Source of the DNA: Phoronis australis
Lineage: Eukaryota; Animalia; Phoronida
Assembly: GCA_002633005.1 (NCBI GenBank)
Contig: NMRA01000521.1
Coordinates: forward strand, 7,446 to 71,445
Length of the DNA stretch: 64,000 bases
Direction of reading: 5' to 3'
Position numbers and translations under genes: made by a program. Of the stretch, positions 24,501 through 36,706 are shown one piece after another. Within the stretch, counting starts at the first letter, position 1. Each line of letters opens with the position of its first letter. Below the pieces are notes generated by a model. That model was not told where the DNA came from, searched no databases, and worked only from the letters and a program-made list of their open reading frames with translations.

Positions 24501-26605
24501 ACATATATTTAAGCGTACGGAATAAATACAAAACGTACCTCCATTGGAGTAGATGACGTAATATCCCACTCGATATTTATCCTCTTATCAACCTCGACAT
24601 TCGATAGATACGCGGAATGTTGTTTCGTGTGATATTACTTCATCTACGCCATTCTCGGTACGTAATGTGTATATATTTAATCAATCCTTGATTGGTTTGT
24701 TGCGTACTAAAATTTGAGTGTTACCGGGAACATTGTTGGTAATTTAGTTAACTGTATAGGTTAACGTCTTGTTTGCATGGATTGTTTATTGATCAGTTGT
24801 ATGTTGTACAATGTATGTCAATAAATACATGTACAAAGCTGAAGTCCAATTTTCGATAAGATTACTCAAATGAATTCACCCTAAGATTTCTAACACTGGG
24901 GGCTGTCCCACGGAAGGGATAAATGGGAGGGGGGGATGGTTGTGCCAGCTCGGGTTGCTATTTTGCTCTGTCATTTGTTGTGTCTGTTAAATATTTCGAC
25001 TTGCTGGCATCCCTTTGGTTAGCTAAACAAAAGAAATGATAACTTTATGATCTGGTATTTTCTAGAGTACCAGCATATCACACTGGTATTGTATTGGTCT
25101 GAATTTTGAATGTTCAGCCCTAACCAGTTGAAAGAAGAGAACCATGAGAAAGAAATTCATCTCTTGAGGCACGAGGTTCTATTCATTAAAGAAGTAAAAT
25201 TAATTGTCGACAGAACGGTCATCTACTTCAGTCAATTTAGTGCATCGCCTGCCTTCCAGCAGACATTGGTTATGTCTTATCGGTGGTCATGGGCTGCACA
25301 GTTTACCATTCACTCTGTTTTTACATAAACTTATGCACCAAAAACAACTTCTTTCAGGTGTGGTATTTATTTATTATTTGTAATGTTGCACGCTCCGTAC
25401 GTGTGCAATTGCGCTTAAATGTACATGTAGCCTGCATTCTCAGCACTATAACCCCTCTACAACCAAGGTTCAAACCTGTTTCGGATGGAAGACTTGCGAC
25501 GAAATATCGATTGACATTTTTGGATACTGCGACTATAGAACTATTCATGCTAGAAATGTTACGAAATTTTCTTGTACTAGTATTTTGGAACAGTTGTCTA
25601 AAATTTGCTAAAGTTGCCGTCATCACACATATAAATTTATCCTCAAAATGAAAGAGGGTAAAAGTTACAGATATCCTTTTTAAACTAAAAATATGCCAAT
25701 TATTAATCACTCCAGCTAGTTGTACAAATGAGCTTGATGTTCTGTCCCACCTTTAGCTGATGTTCTTATGCAATCACGCTTAACACCGAAGTAAATCAAA
25801 CCATTCCATGTTCATACACAACGCATATCAAAACATAAAAGTTTACAGTTTCCTGAATTTAAAATTTTTAGAATCTCTTTAATTTGGCATTATTTATCTT
25901 ATGGAAGATGAAATGAATTGTTGAATTTAATACGAGCTGTTATTAATTTTCGTTGCGTTTAAGATATTTAGAGTTGCGTCGAGAGGATATTTTTGTGCTT
26001 AGGTTTAGAATGAACTAACGCGTTCAAATCCGTTTGATGAAGTTTTCATCTAAATGAATCCGAAGAATTGTCATTCAGAAACTTGATGTTTCGTTGAATC
26101 GAATTTTTACGTAGGTTTATGAAATTCAGTTTAATCTACGTGTACATAATCAGGTCTCTCTCAAACAGCAAAGATACGTATCTGTAAACAACAACCTACA
26201 ATAGCCACAGAATACAAATTTCATCACACATTTCTCACCGAAGTTGCAGTTAATCCAGATCCAGTTTTTCGTAGTATTTTCTATTACGATGTTGTGCGTA
26301 TCGTCTACGACGTGGCGGTCATTAATATAACATCTTCTCGAGCTTTGATCGAAGTTTGCTGACGAGCATCTCTCGTGTGTATTATACTCCAGTAGACACA
26401 ACTGAGTGCAGTAGGACTGTGTAGCGGATGTGTAACTGACATTAAGCGAGTAGGGGTCCAACAATCTCTGACCCGACGTTGATTCTAAAAATATCAAAAC
26501 GTCGCCACCCAACGTTCTGTTGTGTGGGGTTAATTCGACGGCCAAACTCATTGCGACTGAGATACATATCAAAACTGGAAAAATCGGCGTCCTGCGAGAA
26601 AGCAT
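7568..26605 (-). CDS. Spliced gene (7 exons, 374 aa): secreted protein with signal peptide, PAN/Apple, fibronectin type III and ILEI (GG-type lectin) domains
   Basis: Exons 26605-26239, 18669-18531, 17598-17444, 10807-10734, 10144-9984, 8215-8106, 7686-7568. GT-AG introns with phases 1,2,1,0,2,1 are all consistent; 1125 nt. Extra phase-1 exons in the two long introns cannot be excluded. Confidence 0.8.
8106..8215 (-). CDS. Exon 6: ILEI domain
   Basis: Strong pyrimidine tract, tcacag|T GTT; VIVVVCTFDEPKNNANKVLDIVKDLGANQKPTMEDR; donor A|gtaagt. Confidence 0.82.
9497..9628. repeat. (CAT)n microsatellite
   Basis: Directly visible; intronic. Confidence 0.95.
9984..10144 (-). CDS. Exon 5: ILEI/GG-lectin domain
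   Basis: ttctag|ATC; INGQ...RSYTFIVLDSASGE...YDVH...FYQSLPD(G); donor GG|gtgagt. Confidence 0.8.
10734..10807 (-). CDS. Exon 4: start of the ILEI domain
   Basis: ttacag|CT ACG; TIEVTAEGYGLNDW...VMK|gtaaag. Confidence 0.7.
11711..11870. repeat. (CAGA)n/(CA)n compound microsatellite
   Basis: Directly visible. Confidence 0.9.
13311..13350 (+). ncRNA. Minimal hammerhead-ribozyme-like core (Penelope type)
   Basis: gc-CTGATGA-TG-AGACT(ctc)AGTCT-A-GAAA-tata-gc. Confidence 0.4.
13660..14912. mobile_element. Kolobok-like non-autonomous DNA transposon with long imperfect TIRs and a THAP remnant
   Basis: TTAA at both ends; AGGTGAAGGCAACC...GGTTGCCTTCGCCT termini; about 270-bp inverted arms. Confidence 0.75.
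14340..14675 (-). pseudogene. Frameshifted THAP zinc-finger domain (transposase N-terminus)
   Basis: MARCCCVLGC...RRFPKDDALRRTW / YRVCGKHFLPSDY...RLKKGTIP split over two frames. Confidence 0.85.
15819..16075 (-). pseudogene. DNA transposase fragment (Academ-like), frameshifted
   Basis: AAYHA...SALLPLL / KAATVSMMKHAL...GQTPVVAVDQPL..WKWPETH motif series typical of large invertebrate DNA transposases. Confidence 0.55.
16343..16500. repeat. Tandem duplication, 76-bp period x2
   Basis: atgtgcaaggaatag...ctcgttgc repeated. Confidence 0.9.
17444..17598 (-). CDS. Exon 3: FN3 domain, second half
   Basis: ttgtag|C CTC; TITGLDGQSSYIVRVTSIN; donor C|gtaagc. Confidence 0.8.
18531..18669 (-). CDS. Exon 2: FN3 domain, first half
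   Basis: gtatag|GA CCC; PPSSP...AVFSWKAGQDGGFRQNFNIAF; donor AC|gtaagt. Confidence 0.8.
19498..20930 (-). mobile_element. Penelope-like retroelement fragment (RT C-terminus + GIY-YIG endonuclease, degenerate)
   Basis: TAMG, WLRYTDGIF (decayed YxDD), KETDKHQYLSYHSCHP, ALRIRRICS; NIIYLITCRKC...VGQT...RFHNH; LEPNGLN end; frameshifts present. Confidence 0.9.
21603..22661. mobile_element. Non-autonomous TIR DNA transposon inserted in the Penelope copy
   Basis: Termini CACAGGCGCT...AGCGCCTGTG; subterminal inverted motif aaacataaaggttggacact; a related end occurs at about 30940-31005. Confidence 0.65.
22835..23210 (+). pseudogene. Highly decayed THAP-like fragment
   Basis: FTISKDAEIRKRWV resembles the THAP FPKD...R..W segment. 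Confidence 0.3.
26239..26605 (-). CDS. Exon 1: signal peptide + PAN/Apple-like domain
   Basis: MLSRRTPIFPVLICISVAMSLA hydrophobic N-terminus; CTQLC...RCSSANF...RRCYIN PAN cysteine pattern; donor G|gtgaga. Confidence 0.8.
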
Positions 26606-27179
26606 CGTAAATCCGTTACTTGGGTTAATTGAAACTCAACTGAACCCCGGTCGATTGGACTTAAGTTTGTCTGACCGCAGAGTGGATTAGAATTAATATC
26701 TAATATCTATTTGCGTATTGGATTTCGAACAGGAAGAAAAAATCTACACGCATATTCTATAAGCAATGTGTACCCAATCAATATAGAGTCAGGAATATCG
26801 ACCCAAATTACAATTATCAGAAGTGTCATTTTACACGTTATACACTTGTTAGCTGAAAATCGATCTACGGGTCCCAAAATGTGCAAGGGTACCAAAAGAT
26901 AATTAGTGTTATAATAAAATCCGCGAAAATAAGCCAAATGTCTTTGAGACATGTTAACTATATCTACTTTTTGCAACATATCATTGTTCCCTTTTATTCC
27001 ACAGTTACTAATAGTCTATATGAGGATCAGACATTTTGAAAGCCACGACTTATTGTGCCACGGTGCATCTACATGTAGTGATAGACATCAGTAACCACTT
27101 ACATGTAGCAGCATATCTACAAACTTTATATGAAAGTACAAAATAGGGTGAAAAGGGGTCGAAAAACTGCAATACAACT

Positions 27180-27335
27180 ACTTTCCTTGCATCAAGTTCA
27201 AGTTTAACACCCTTCGTGCTTGCATTTCTGCAACTCAGCCAACATTTAAGCTCTAGAACGGTGCACGCTTCAAAGTTCTTGTTTATCACAGCCCCTGCCA
27301 CGTCTGCTTCTGTCAAAACTTCTTCGTCCATCTTT
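27180..27335 (-). pseudogene. SAP-domain fragment, probably from a transposon accessory gene (ISL2EU/YqaJ-type)
   Basis: LTEADVAGA...TVLELKCWLSCRNASTKGVKLELDAR fits the SAP consensus. Confidence 0.5.
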
Positions 27336-28129
27336 GTGTATATAGGCCTACCGAATTTCCCCAAACCAAGAGCGACACTTGCCTTGCGGCTTCGAAGGGC
27401 TTCGCGAGATTGTGGTATTTAAAGGCCTATGGTCCGAAGTGTAGACAATAAGACTCTTAACGCCAATTTAACAGGTTTTTGGTATTAAATAAAGTTCAAA
27501 AAGCTATTAACTTGAACAAGTGTAAAATTGCCAAAAAACGCTTTTAATACTACGAACGAATGAAATGTTTACAACGAATAAAAATAGTCATTAAAATACA
27601 AAACATTACAACAACGCATGTGCAGCTACAGAGGTCAACACATATACACAAATGGCGGAGACTGGTAGTGTATGGCCGAAGGCGACACGTGGTCTTCCTG
27701 CTGTGTGATATTCGGAAGAAAAGACGAGTTAGGCAGTACAAAAACTGGCATTACGAACAAAACCGTGTACCTAATCTACTCCTTCAAAAGGTGGGAAACA
27801 ATGAAGACAAGACTGAATGTTCGAACTCATGAAGATTTTGCAAGGCTTACGATGGACATGTACATGTATGTGTGCTGTTTGCGAAATGTAAGTTCAGCGA
27901 CTCGTATGCATTTACTGGGTAACTGATCTCAGTCGGCATGCATCAGACCGGAATTATTGCGAGACAATTCGATCAGTTGTTCAGTTTTTGTCCTGCGATT
28001 TGTTGCTACAGGTTTACCCCCGCTTACTAATTTACGATGGCCCAGATTAGTAATTTACTCTTGCGAGAGTTAGTTAGTTTTCAATATTGCTGAGAGTAGC
28101 CGAAACTGTCAATGTACTAATGATTTTAT

Positions 28130-28280
28130 GAGCTGGGTTGCATAAAACTTCAAAATCATCCGTTGGATAAGTTTGATTGTTGCATGACGTCAGGTGCATT
28201 GTTCAACAATAACAACGTGATACGTGATAATGCGACGTCATCATTGCTATTCGGTGTATAACTTTTATGCAACTGGGCTC
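28130..28280. mobile_element. Small MITE (Harbinger-like TIRs)
   Basis: gagctgggttgcataaaactt ... aacttttatgcaactgggctc. Confidence 0.5.
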
Positions 28281-29190
28281 TGGCTGAGAAAATAAGGAAC
28301 AATCAATTTCTACTTTACCCACCTTATGATTTTTTATTTTTTTAGTGGCATTATTATAATTGTAAACCAGCATTTATACTAGTTACCTCTGAAGCTTTTG
28401 AGCTAAATTAACCAGTTGTGTGGTAGCTTTATAGTCATGCAACAGCTGCTGAGTAGCACGTGGAACATAACCATGTTGACTTGGGTTCAATTTCCAGTCT
28501 TGGAACTCTAGGATCCATGTAAACTATAAAATGTTTTGCTATGGCCATCAAAAGCTATGATGCAATGAAGATTTGTACCAAGTCAAAAGGTAATATGTAC
28601 ATTTTGAGTTCTTGCATAATCTGTCTAGCTTACAACCTCTCACACTCGTTGATACTACATTGATATGGGTACGGATCTATTGCACCCCCTAGACTACCCC
28701 CACCTAGCAAAATCATTTTTACTTGTAACCAATGATTGTTGTCTTTGCACTGTATCTTTGGTGTAATTAACAGATGCGTGAGAGAAGAAAATTGCGTACA
28801 CAAACATGACACACGACTTCCAGGTACCATCCAGTCCATTGCCTTGATGTCAATGGTTTTTAATGGTAACAAACCAGTAAACATGCAAGACCTGAACCGT
28901 CTTCTGTATGGGCCCAATGATGTAGGCCAGTACGAGCCCAATAACGTTTTGCACACCCGCTTGGTATTGGGCCGGTATAAGATTGCGATATCGGGCCAGT
29001 ACCAGGCCATTACTGGGCAAATACATCAAAAACCGGTTTCGGCCCTATAAAGGGCCAATATTGGCAGACTGTGTTGGCGCTGTACAGGGCCATAGATGGG
29101 TTCATATTAAGTCAGTATACTAATTACATAGGCGAAAGTGCAGTGGTAGGCCAGTAAAGTGCCAATATTGAACCACTAATGTTGCCTTTA

Positions 29191-29337
29191 CATGGGCGGC
29201 GCAGCACTGAAAAATGAGGGGGGGGGGCAATGCCTCCTCAGCCCCCCTGTGGTGCACCGCCTATAGACCATGTGCGGCGTAGGATTGAAAAAAGTGGGGG
29301 CTATTGCCCCCCAGCCCCCTATGGTGCGCCGCCCATG
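29191..29337 (+). repeat. Two tandem ~70-bp hairpin mini-elements; third copy at 23393-23462
   Basis: catgggcggcg...cgccgcccatg inverted ends with G-run/C-run interior. Confidence 0.55.
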
Positions 29338-32300
29338 CTTTAGAGGCCCAGCGCAGGAATGTTACTGTTAATCTCTTTTCAAATCAAAATACATAATTTG
29401 TGCAATAAGTTAGACCTAAATTGCTGCAATATACCGTTACTTTTTATTTTTATATGAAACTACAGAAAATTTACTTGTGATATTCCGGCAATTTCCGTAA
29501 AAATTCTGACATATTTCGTTTCCCATTACCAAGCATCAAACGGTTTAACTGATCAGCACCATCTTGAGGCTTGGAGACGACGCTGGGTGCCGCTTATACT
29601 GTACAATGCTGCGCGTGCATAAGGTCAGCAATGTTGTCAAAGAAGTAAACACAGCAACAAAAAAGGAATTCTATACGTTTCATAAGATCACCCGAGTGGT
29701 AATTTGCAAACAAAAATTTTGAAACGCATCAAGGTTATTTATGACGTATTTAAACTCTGGGATTGTGAAATAACCACATTTAAAACCGAAGAATCACTAA
29801 CTTAGGATTACTGCGAAAACCGGCAGTTGCTTATAGCTACATGTAATTTCCTGCAAATAAATGTTTGGTCTGACATCGGAAATCCCCACCTAAGCCAACT
29901 ACTCGTTGCGCTTCAAACAAAAATAGTTTATAAAGTCAAGTTCAAACACAAAATATGTTCTTGCATTTAAGATCTAAGTTACTAGTAAGTGATGAAATGA
30001 GCTATAAGTTGAAGCAACTTACACATAAATTGAAGTCTGAATTCATGATTTTGACACAGGGTTTGCTTGCACAAACTCAATATTTTATGTTCGACAGGCG
30101 TACAAGTTAAAGCACAAGTGAAATCCGCCATGTTAACTATTTAGCCGCCTTGAATTCAGAGTTTTGTTATTGCTTTGGAAATTTTGTTCCCAATTCAACA
30201 TTTACAACTTGGACAATTCAACGATGTGTTATAATGACTTTTCTAGACCTTCAAAACATAGGTATAGACAACTTATTTTTCATGTTTGCCTGCAAATTGA
30301 TAAAGTTACCCCGAAATTTGAAGTTTTCGGTAATGGCGGAAGCTAATTAGCATAATTGGGGAATTTAATGACTTTCATTAATGTATTCTCAAAATTAAGT
30401 GATCTAAACACACTTATACTATGTTTTTGTAGCAACAGTTTCCTAATTATTTGTCACATTCCTGGATGCACATTTGTGCTATTAATGCGTACAAAGAGGC
30501 ACAAGTACATTGCAGTAATGCCACACCCTCAGGCGCATCTTTTGAAACGAACTCTTCCAAAAATGCAAAATTCTATTACTAACAGTCAACTTACAGCCGT
30601 ACAACTTACGGGTAATGAAGAAGTTGCAGATTTCATTAAAATGAGTGAACAGGCTGTCAAAACTTTTCAATATTTGATCATAAATTATCATTCCTGTTTA
30701 CAACTTTTACATGAGCCTGATATTGTTCTAATTTTCAATGCCCTTGAAGTTTCTGTTTCATATGTTACCACTTAATTACACCAAGTCTGCCGGACACAAC
30801 TTTTTGCAAAAAGGCACACTTTTTATCACCAGGGGTACCCAAAGGGCACAGGTTCAAATGTGGTCAGGAATATCCCTGTTTATGTAATAACACAGATTTT
30901 ACTTGGAATTGGAACAGTTGAAACTGGGAACCAAGGTTTGGCAAAACTTTAGTGTCCAACCTTTTTGTTTCTTATATGGTTAACTTATGGGTCATCGGGA
31001 AATTGGTCGGTCTGTGTTGTAAATCACAGACATCCTCAACTTCTGATCATCCTCATTACATTATAATACCACAAGGCATGACACTCGGAACTAGGAATTC
31101 CATGAGTGCTTCACTTCACACAAAAATCCTCTCAAAAGCCGTTGTTAGACTTTTTAGTATTATAGTGTATTTGGGAGGATCAGACTCAGAGGCTGAGGAT
31201 GCCTGTGGTATAACTCACAGAAGTCCTCAGCTTCTGACCGTACCTAATACACTATAAATATGTACCACAAGGTATAACTCTCGTGACTAAAAAATTCATG
31301 GGTGCTTCACTAGTTGCTTCACTAATTCACAGCTGTCCATATCAAACGCGAAACTCAATTAATTTACACAAAGGAGATGTTCAGCGAACCATGAGTGATT
31401 GCTCTTTTTCTGATAGAATTTAAAGTGTTCTGCTCTGGACAGCGAGTGTGCAAAAATTCGCGGTCAAAGCACAGAATTCTGTTAATGTGTCCCACGCTAG
31501 TCGATACGGAATTATCCGATGACTTACGGATGGACGGCAATTGCCGATTTATCACGGAAGGTTTCAGAATGGTCTGGATAAGTGTGGAGTTATTAATGTC
31601 GTGATCTCCACAAAAAGTTATGAATTTCAGATTACAGCGGATAAAATCAAATGAAACATGCATATATGCACATGGAGACGATTCAGTCAAGATAGCTTGG
31701 ACAAATCGATGAAAATCTTTCGCGGTTTGCTCTAGTTTCCTTTACTGTCGCCATTTTGAGGAAATTTACATGTTGACGAATAAAAACTCAAATGGACAAA
31801 AATCTTACAAATTTCACCTGATAACTTCCCATGCCACTGTGCAAATAAACCAAATCTTGATTTTAAGCATTTATTGTCTCGGCTAATTTCTTACTCAAAG
31901 TAAAGAGGATTCCTGGAATTAGAAAGAACCGACAGTTCGTTATAGCTCCAGCCTCAGCTTACCAAGTTGGCTTGAAACAACATGTAATTTATTCTAGGTC
32001 GATTCTTTCCAAGCCAAGAAACCCATTTCTACCTGGGTAAATAAACTTAATGAGCGGTTCGATGCAAATTTAGTGTTTATGGAATGTGGGTTTGCAGCAG
32101 CTTCGATAATTCTGTAGCATTACATTTAAGTCCTCATCCGATTTTCAGAATTAAACTAGGAAAATCACACTGGGCATAAACTTTGTTTAGTACCATTAAG
32201 AAATCACATTTATCTGAGTACTGAGTATTAGGCAAAACGAATAAGGAGCGTGAGTAAATAACATCATTTGTTTGATATCAAGGAAAGTAGATAAAGCGAT

Positions 32301-33039
32301 ACAATTTGTGACGTAACCGTTGTATTGCGAAAAGTGCTGTAGTAGGCGCCTGCTGTTGTTGTATTCAGTACCTTTGTCGACGGTCAGCACATCATTACAG
32401 TAGACTCTTGTCAATTCCGCATTGATGACGAAGAAACCAAAAGTTCTGGATCAAAAATAAAAAAATCTTTATACATGTATACAAGAGAAAAAACCCTGTC
32501 ATTGCCTAGTGTACTTCAACAGCTGAATACCTTATATAACGTAACTGTCAAATGATAAATGTGTTTTATTGTGTTTTGTGCAATTTGTGTACCTGCCAAT
32601 AATCCATAGACCGTCTTTAATGTATATTCATGTCAGAGGCATGCAGTCAGGGCCGTAATATGTTTCCACTTCGCAATTGTCAAGCAAAGGTTTAGTCCTG
32701 TAATAATTAATACACAAAAGCTTGAAAATAATTAGTACAACATATGACTATATTTTCAGATAATTTATTTATTTGCTAAATTGAGTTTTAAACATTTTTC
32801 TGAAACATTTATGTGGATTGCAAGACCAAATCTCTGTCTTAAGTCGCTTTTCATGAAATAGAGCCCTGGGGCGTTGTCACAATTATCGCACTGCCCCCCG
32901 CCCCCTCCGCAGTCGCCAACACTTTTGAAAGGCACCTAAATTGACGAAACAGGGGCCCCTGTTTCAAGCAAGGTCCTAGGATAATCTTACTTAGGTTAGT
33001 GGATTCGGATTAGTCTGAGACCTCTTTGACCCCCACCCC

Positions 33040-33471
33040 TGTTAAGTATTGCCGCTGGGGGCAGTTTTTATTTTTTTCCAGAGCTCTAGTTGGTCGGCGA
33101 TTGTGAGCATACGTGTGTTACGAATTATCGTAACACTGAAGCTGGACTTCCTTATGTTTTATTTATATATTTTCGAAGTACTGAGTGTTGTTTTTGTTAA
33201 TGTGGTAAGCCTTTGCAACGATGTGGACAGCAGCATCTATTGCATGGAACTTGACTGTATTATTTTGGTGGACGTTGTGGAACGCGCGAGGACTGCTTGG
33301 TGATGAAGACTGAAGATGCCGCAAGTTTCAAATGTTGGTGTTGACGTTCGACCCAACCTTTGTCCTCAGTTTTGTGTAACTTGTTAACATGTTTATAATT
33401 ATGTAAATAAGATATGAATACTGATCAGGATAACTGGAAAAGTGGTTAATTTCTTTTATGTTACCGTAACA
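33040..33471 (+). mobile_element. Solo-LTR-like repeat, copy 1
   Basis: TG...CA termini; colinear similarity with 41979-42434. Confidence 0.55.
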
Positions 33472-33481
33472 ACACCCCACA

Positions 33482-36400
33482 TAGTCCGGGAGCCAAATGC
33501 TGTTTTTTTGCTTAACCTGGATTAATCGGATAAAGTTTTTTCCTTTGCTGTTTCATGTAGTCTAGGCACAGTTAATCATGATTTAGGGGGGTGACCGATA
33601 GCAACCCTTGAGCATTATTTAAAATTTGCAACTTAAGGTCGCTTTTATGCAAAATTTTATTTCTGCTTACAATTTCCTTACCAAGCACTGCAGCCAGATA
33701 ATTTTGACGTTTTTATCCATGTTTCATGGTCGATGAATTTAATAGTGCAAGTTTTTTGGTGAATACATTGTCAATTTGCATAATTTATGCAAATTAAGGC
33801 CGTCATTATGCAAAATTCTATCATTTTGATGCTCTCACCCATGTTTCCATGATCAACGAATTTAATAGTTAAAGTTTTGTGGGGATACATCGTCGATTCT
33901 CATAATTCATGCAAATTAAGGCCGCTATTATTAAAAAATTCAATTGTTCTAATAGCCATGGTACAAATCCCATATGAATTATCATGATATTTGCACCTAT
34001 GTTTCTACGGTCAATTAGTTTAATGAAATCATGCATTTCGTTTTATGATAAATTTACATAATGAATGCAAATTAAGGTCACCCTTATTTAAAATTATATT
34101 TTGCTTAAAACGCACTTATCAAGCAATTCAGGTAGGTTACTTTAAAGTTTTCACCTGTTCTTCCATGTTCAGTGAATTTAATGGTCCTCGTTTGATGGAG
34201 GATACGTCGTGAATTTGCATAATATATGTAAATTAAGGCCGCCATTAATTTATATAAATAAAGGAGATCAGTGTTCCAAATACCGTTTCTGCTCATAATT
34301 TCCTTTCGGGCATTAAATGTAGATTATTTCCAATTTCATCTCATGTTTTCATGAATTTGCATAATTGACAATTTACATAAATTGCAGCTGCCATATTCAA
34401 AATACTACTTGTGCCTATTACTGCTGCATCAGACACCAAAAGTTAGTTATAAATATTTGCACCTATGTTTCAGTGGTCAATGAATTTAATGAAATCTGCT
34501 TGCAGGGTGTAGCATGATAAATTTGCAGAATCTCTTTTTTGTAGATGAAACAAGAAAATATTTGGTGTTGGTTGTGTTCTGCAGTTTGAGACTTTAAATT
34601 CCAAAAAAGATATTGCCTATTTCCCTGTGCTCCCAGAGATCATAGAAAAAAACGCAGATTAGTTCAATGACTTGGATGAATGCTGGTATGGGACTCGGAG
34701 CGATCAGTTTATAGGGACCACATTCATGAGGTACGAAAACTGTAGTGAGGAAATAGTAGTTGCCATTTGTCCTACAAGATTGAAACAGATCTTGGAGAGA
34801 TGGAGAGCGGTCAGCATTAGATCTTGTACTAAAACCTATCACACAGAAGAAAGTAAGACACGTCTTGATGCACATGCCAAAGATATTGCACGAATCTGTC
34901 GAAAGTAGATAGCAGCATCGATCTATTGGATCCCAAGGTTCATCCCAAAGACGCAGTAGTGAACAATAGCAATGACAAGATTGCTACTCCAACAGTTAAT
35001 GTACATGAAACAAGCATCGGACAGGCAATGTTATCAGACTTCGAGAAAGGCTATCAGTATGTTACGAACACAAGTAGGTAATCACTGATGAAGATCCTTG
35101 TCCTTTAATACAGTACAAGGACGTTGGAAACAACCCCCGATGAAGCTAGTTCCATTGTTGTGCAACAAAACGTGAAATGTGCATATGAACTTTACGTAGT
35201 TTAGGTTGTTTCGGATGACAAAAGTGTGTTTGTCCTTCGTCTGCGTTACTAACACAAGGAACAGCTTCAAATACCACAACCATGAAATTAACTAATAAGC
35301 GTAGACCAGTCGTAGACATACATGTACATGTAAAGTTAACACTGAAAAAAATGTAGGTCTAGCGATATTGTGAAGGTCTCCTTGTCCATGCGCTGTAGGG
35401 GTGTATCGCAGTGGCATGCTACTGTGCAGTTGGAAAGGGATCCATTGTTAAAATATTGAAGGCTGGACATGACCTGACTGCCATCGGCACTATTAATGCA
35501 CACTTTTCTGATGTCATGAAACAGGCAACTTAATGTATGTGTGCCTGTTATGGACTGAAGAAAATTAGGAAAATGTCAGGAATCGGACAACTGGTATGGT
35601 GAACAGAAATGTCAAGAAATATATGCCTGCCTCCAAACTGTCACCGTATGGATGGAAGAAAGATGCTTTAAACAAATCACTATCACTATTTATAATTCAT
35701 CATGGTGTCCAATTCGCTCCTATTGCATACTGTTGATGATTAGGTGTGACTACACAGGTCAGATTCCACGAAGTAGATACAATTGCAACGTCAATTTTCT
35801 ACCCCGCACAATATATTGGGCACGCTGAATTAGCATTTGAAACGTTTTGTGACTGGTCTCAGTTAGACACGTTATGTCCTGGGTTTATGCAACTAAACAA
35901 TTTGGTCATCTACTACATATACCCTGGGTATTAGACAAAACTAGAATTTGTAATGCTGTGAAATAAAGTACAGATCATTTGTGATGTAATGACAGATTAC
36001 ATAAAATTCATCTGTAAAAATGCCTAAATAATTTACATGTACATGTAGTGCCCCCGTTAGAGAGTTACGAGCAGAAATAGAATTGTTTATAATAGCCGCC
36101 TTTATTGCCGGAAATTATGCTAGTTTATCATGAAACTTGCAAACCTAATTGACCATAGGAACACAGGTTCAAATTTCATGAGAGTTTAACTGTGATGCTT
36201 GGTACCTCAGCTACAAGCACAAGTAGAATTTCGAATAATTGCCCCCTTAATTTGCATTAGTTATACAAATTTGCATTAATTATACAAACCGATTTAATTA
36301 AACTAATTGACCAAAAGAATATAGGTGTACAAATCACGAAAGTTCATCTCTGGTGCCTGGTACAGTAGCTATAACCAGAAGAATTTTGAATAATGGCTGC

Positions 36401-36706
36401 CTTAATTTGCATAAATTATGCAAATTGACAATGTATTCACCCAAAAACTTCCACTATTGAATTTGTTGACCATGAAAACATGGGTAAAAACATTTAAAAT
36501 TATCTGGCTGCAGTGCTTGGTAAGGAAACTATATGCAAAAATAGAATTTTGCATAATGGCGACCTTAAATTGCATATCTAAAAATGCTTAAGGGTTGCGA
36601 ACAGTCATCCCCTAAATCATGGTTACTTAACCCTAGACTACATGAAACAGGAAAGAAAAAAACATAATCCGGCAAAACCAGATTCAACCCCCTGGCTTCC
36701 GGACTA
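33482..36706 (+). mobile_element. Academ-like DNA transposon, internally decayed, with long TIRs
   Basis: Termini TAGTCCGG...CCGGACTA; several hundred bp of inverted similarity with repeated tttgcataat..gcaaattaagg units; direct repeat (a)caccccac on both flanks; transposase-like remnant SDQFIGTTFMRY...ERW...HTEES at 34672-34908. Superfamily assignment is from recall. Confidence 0.7.

Larger units (their letters stand above)
21390..24510 (+). mobile_element. Second, inverted and fragmented copy of the Penelope-like element
   Basis: 21390-21600 is the reverse complement of about 20115-20325; 22663-22730 matches about 20050-20118; 24385-24510 matches 19498-19625. Interrupted by insertions. Confidence 0.75.
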
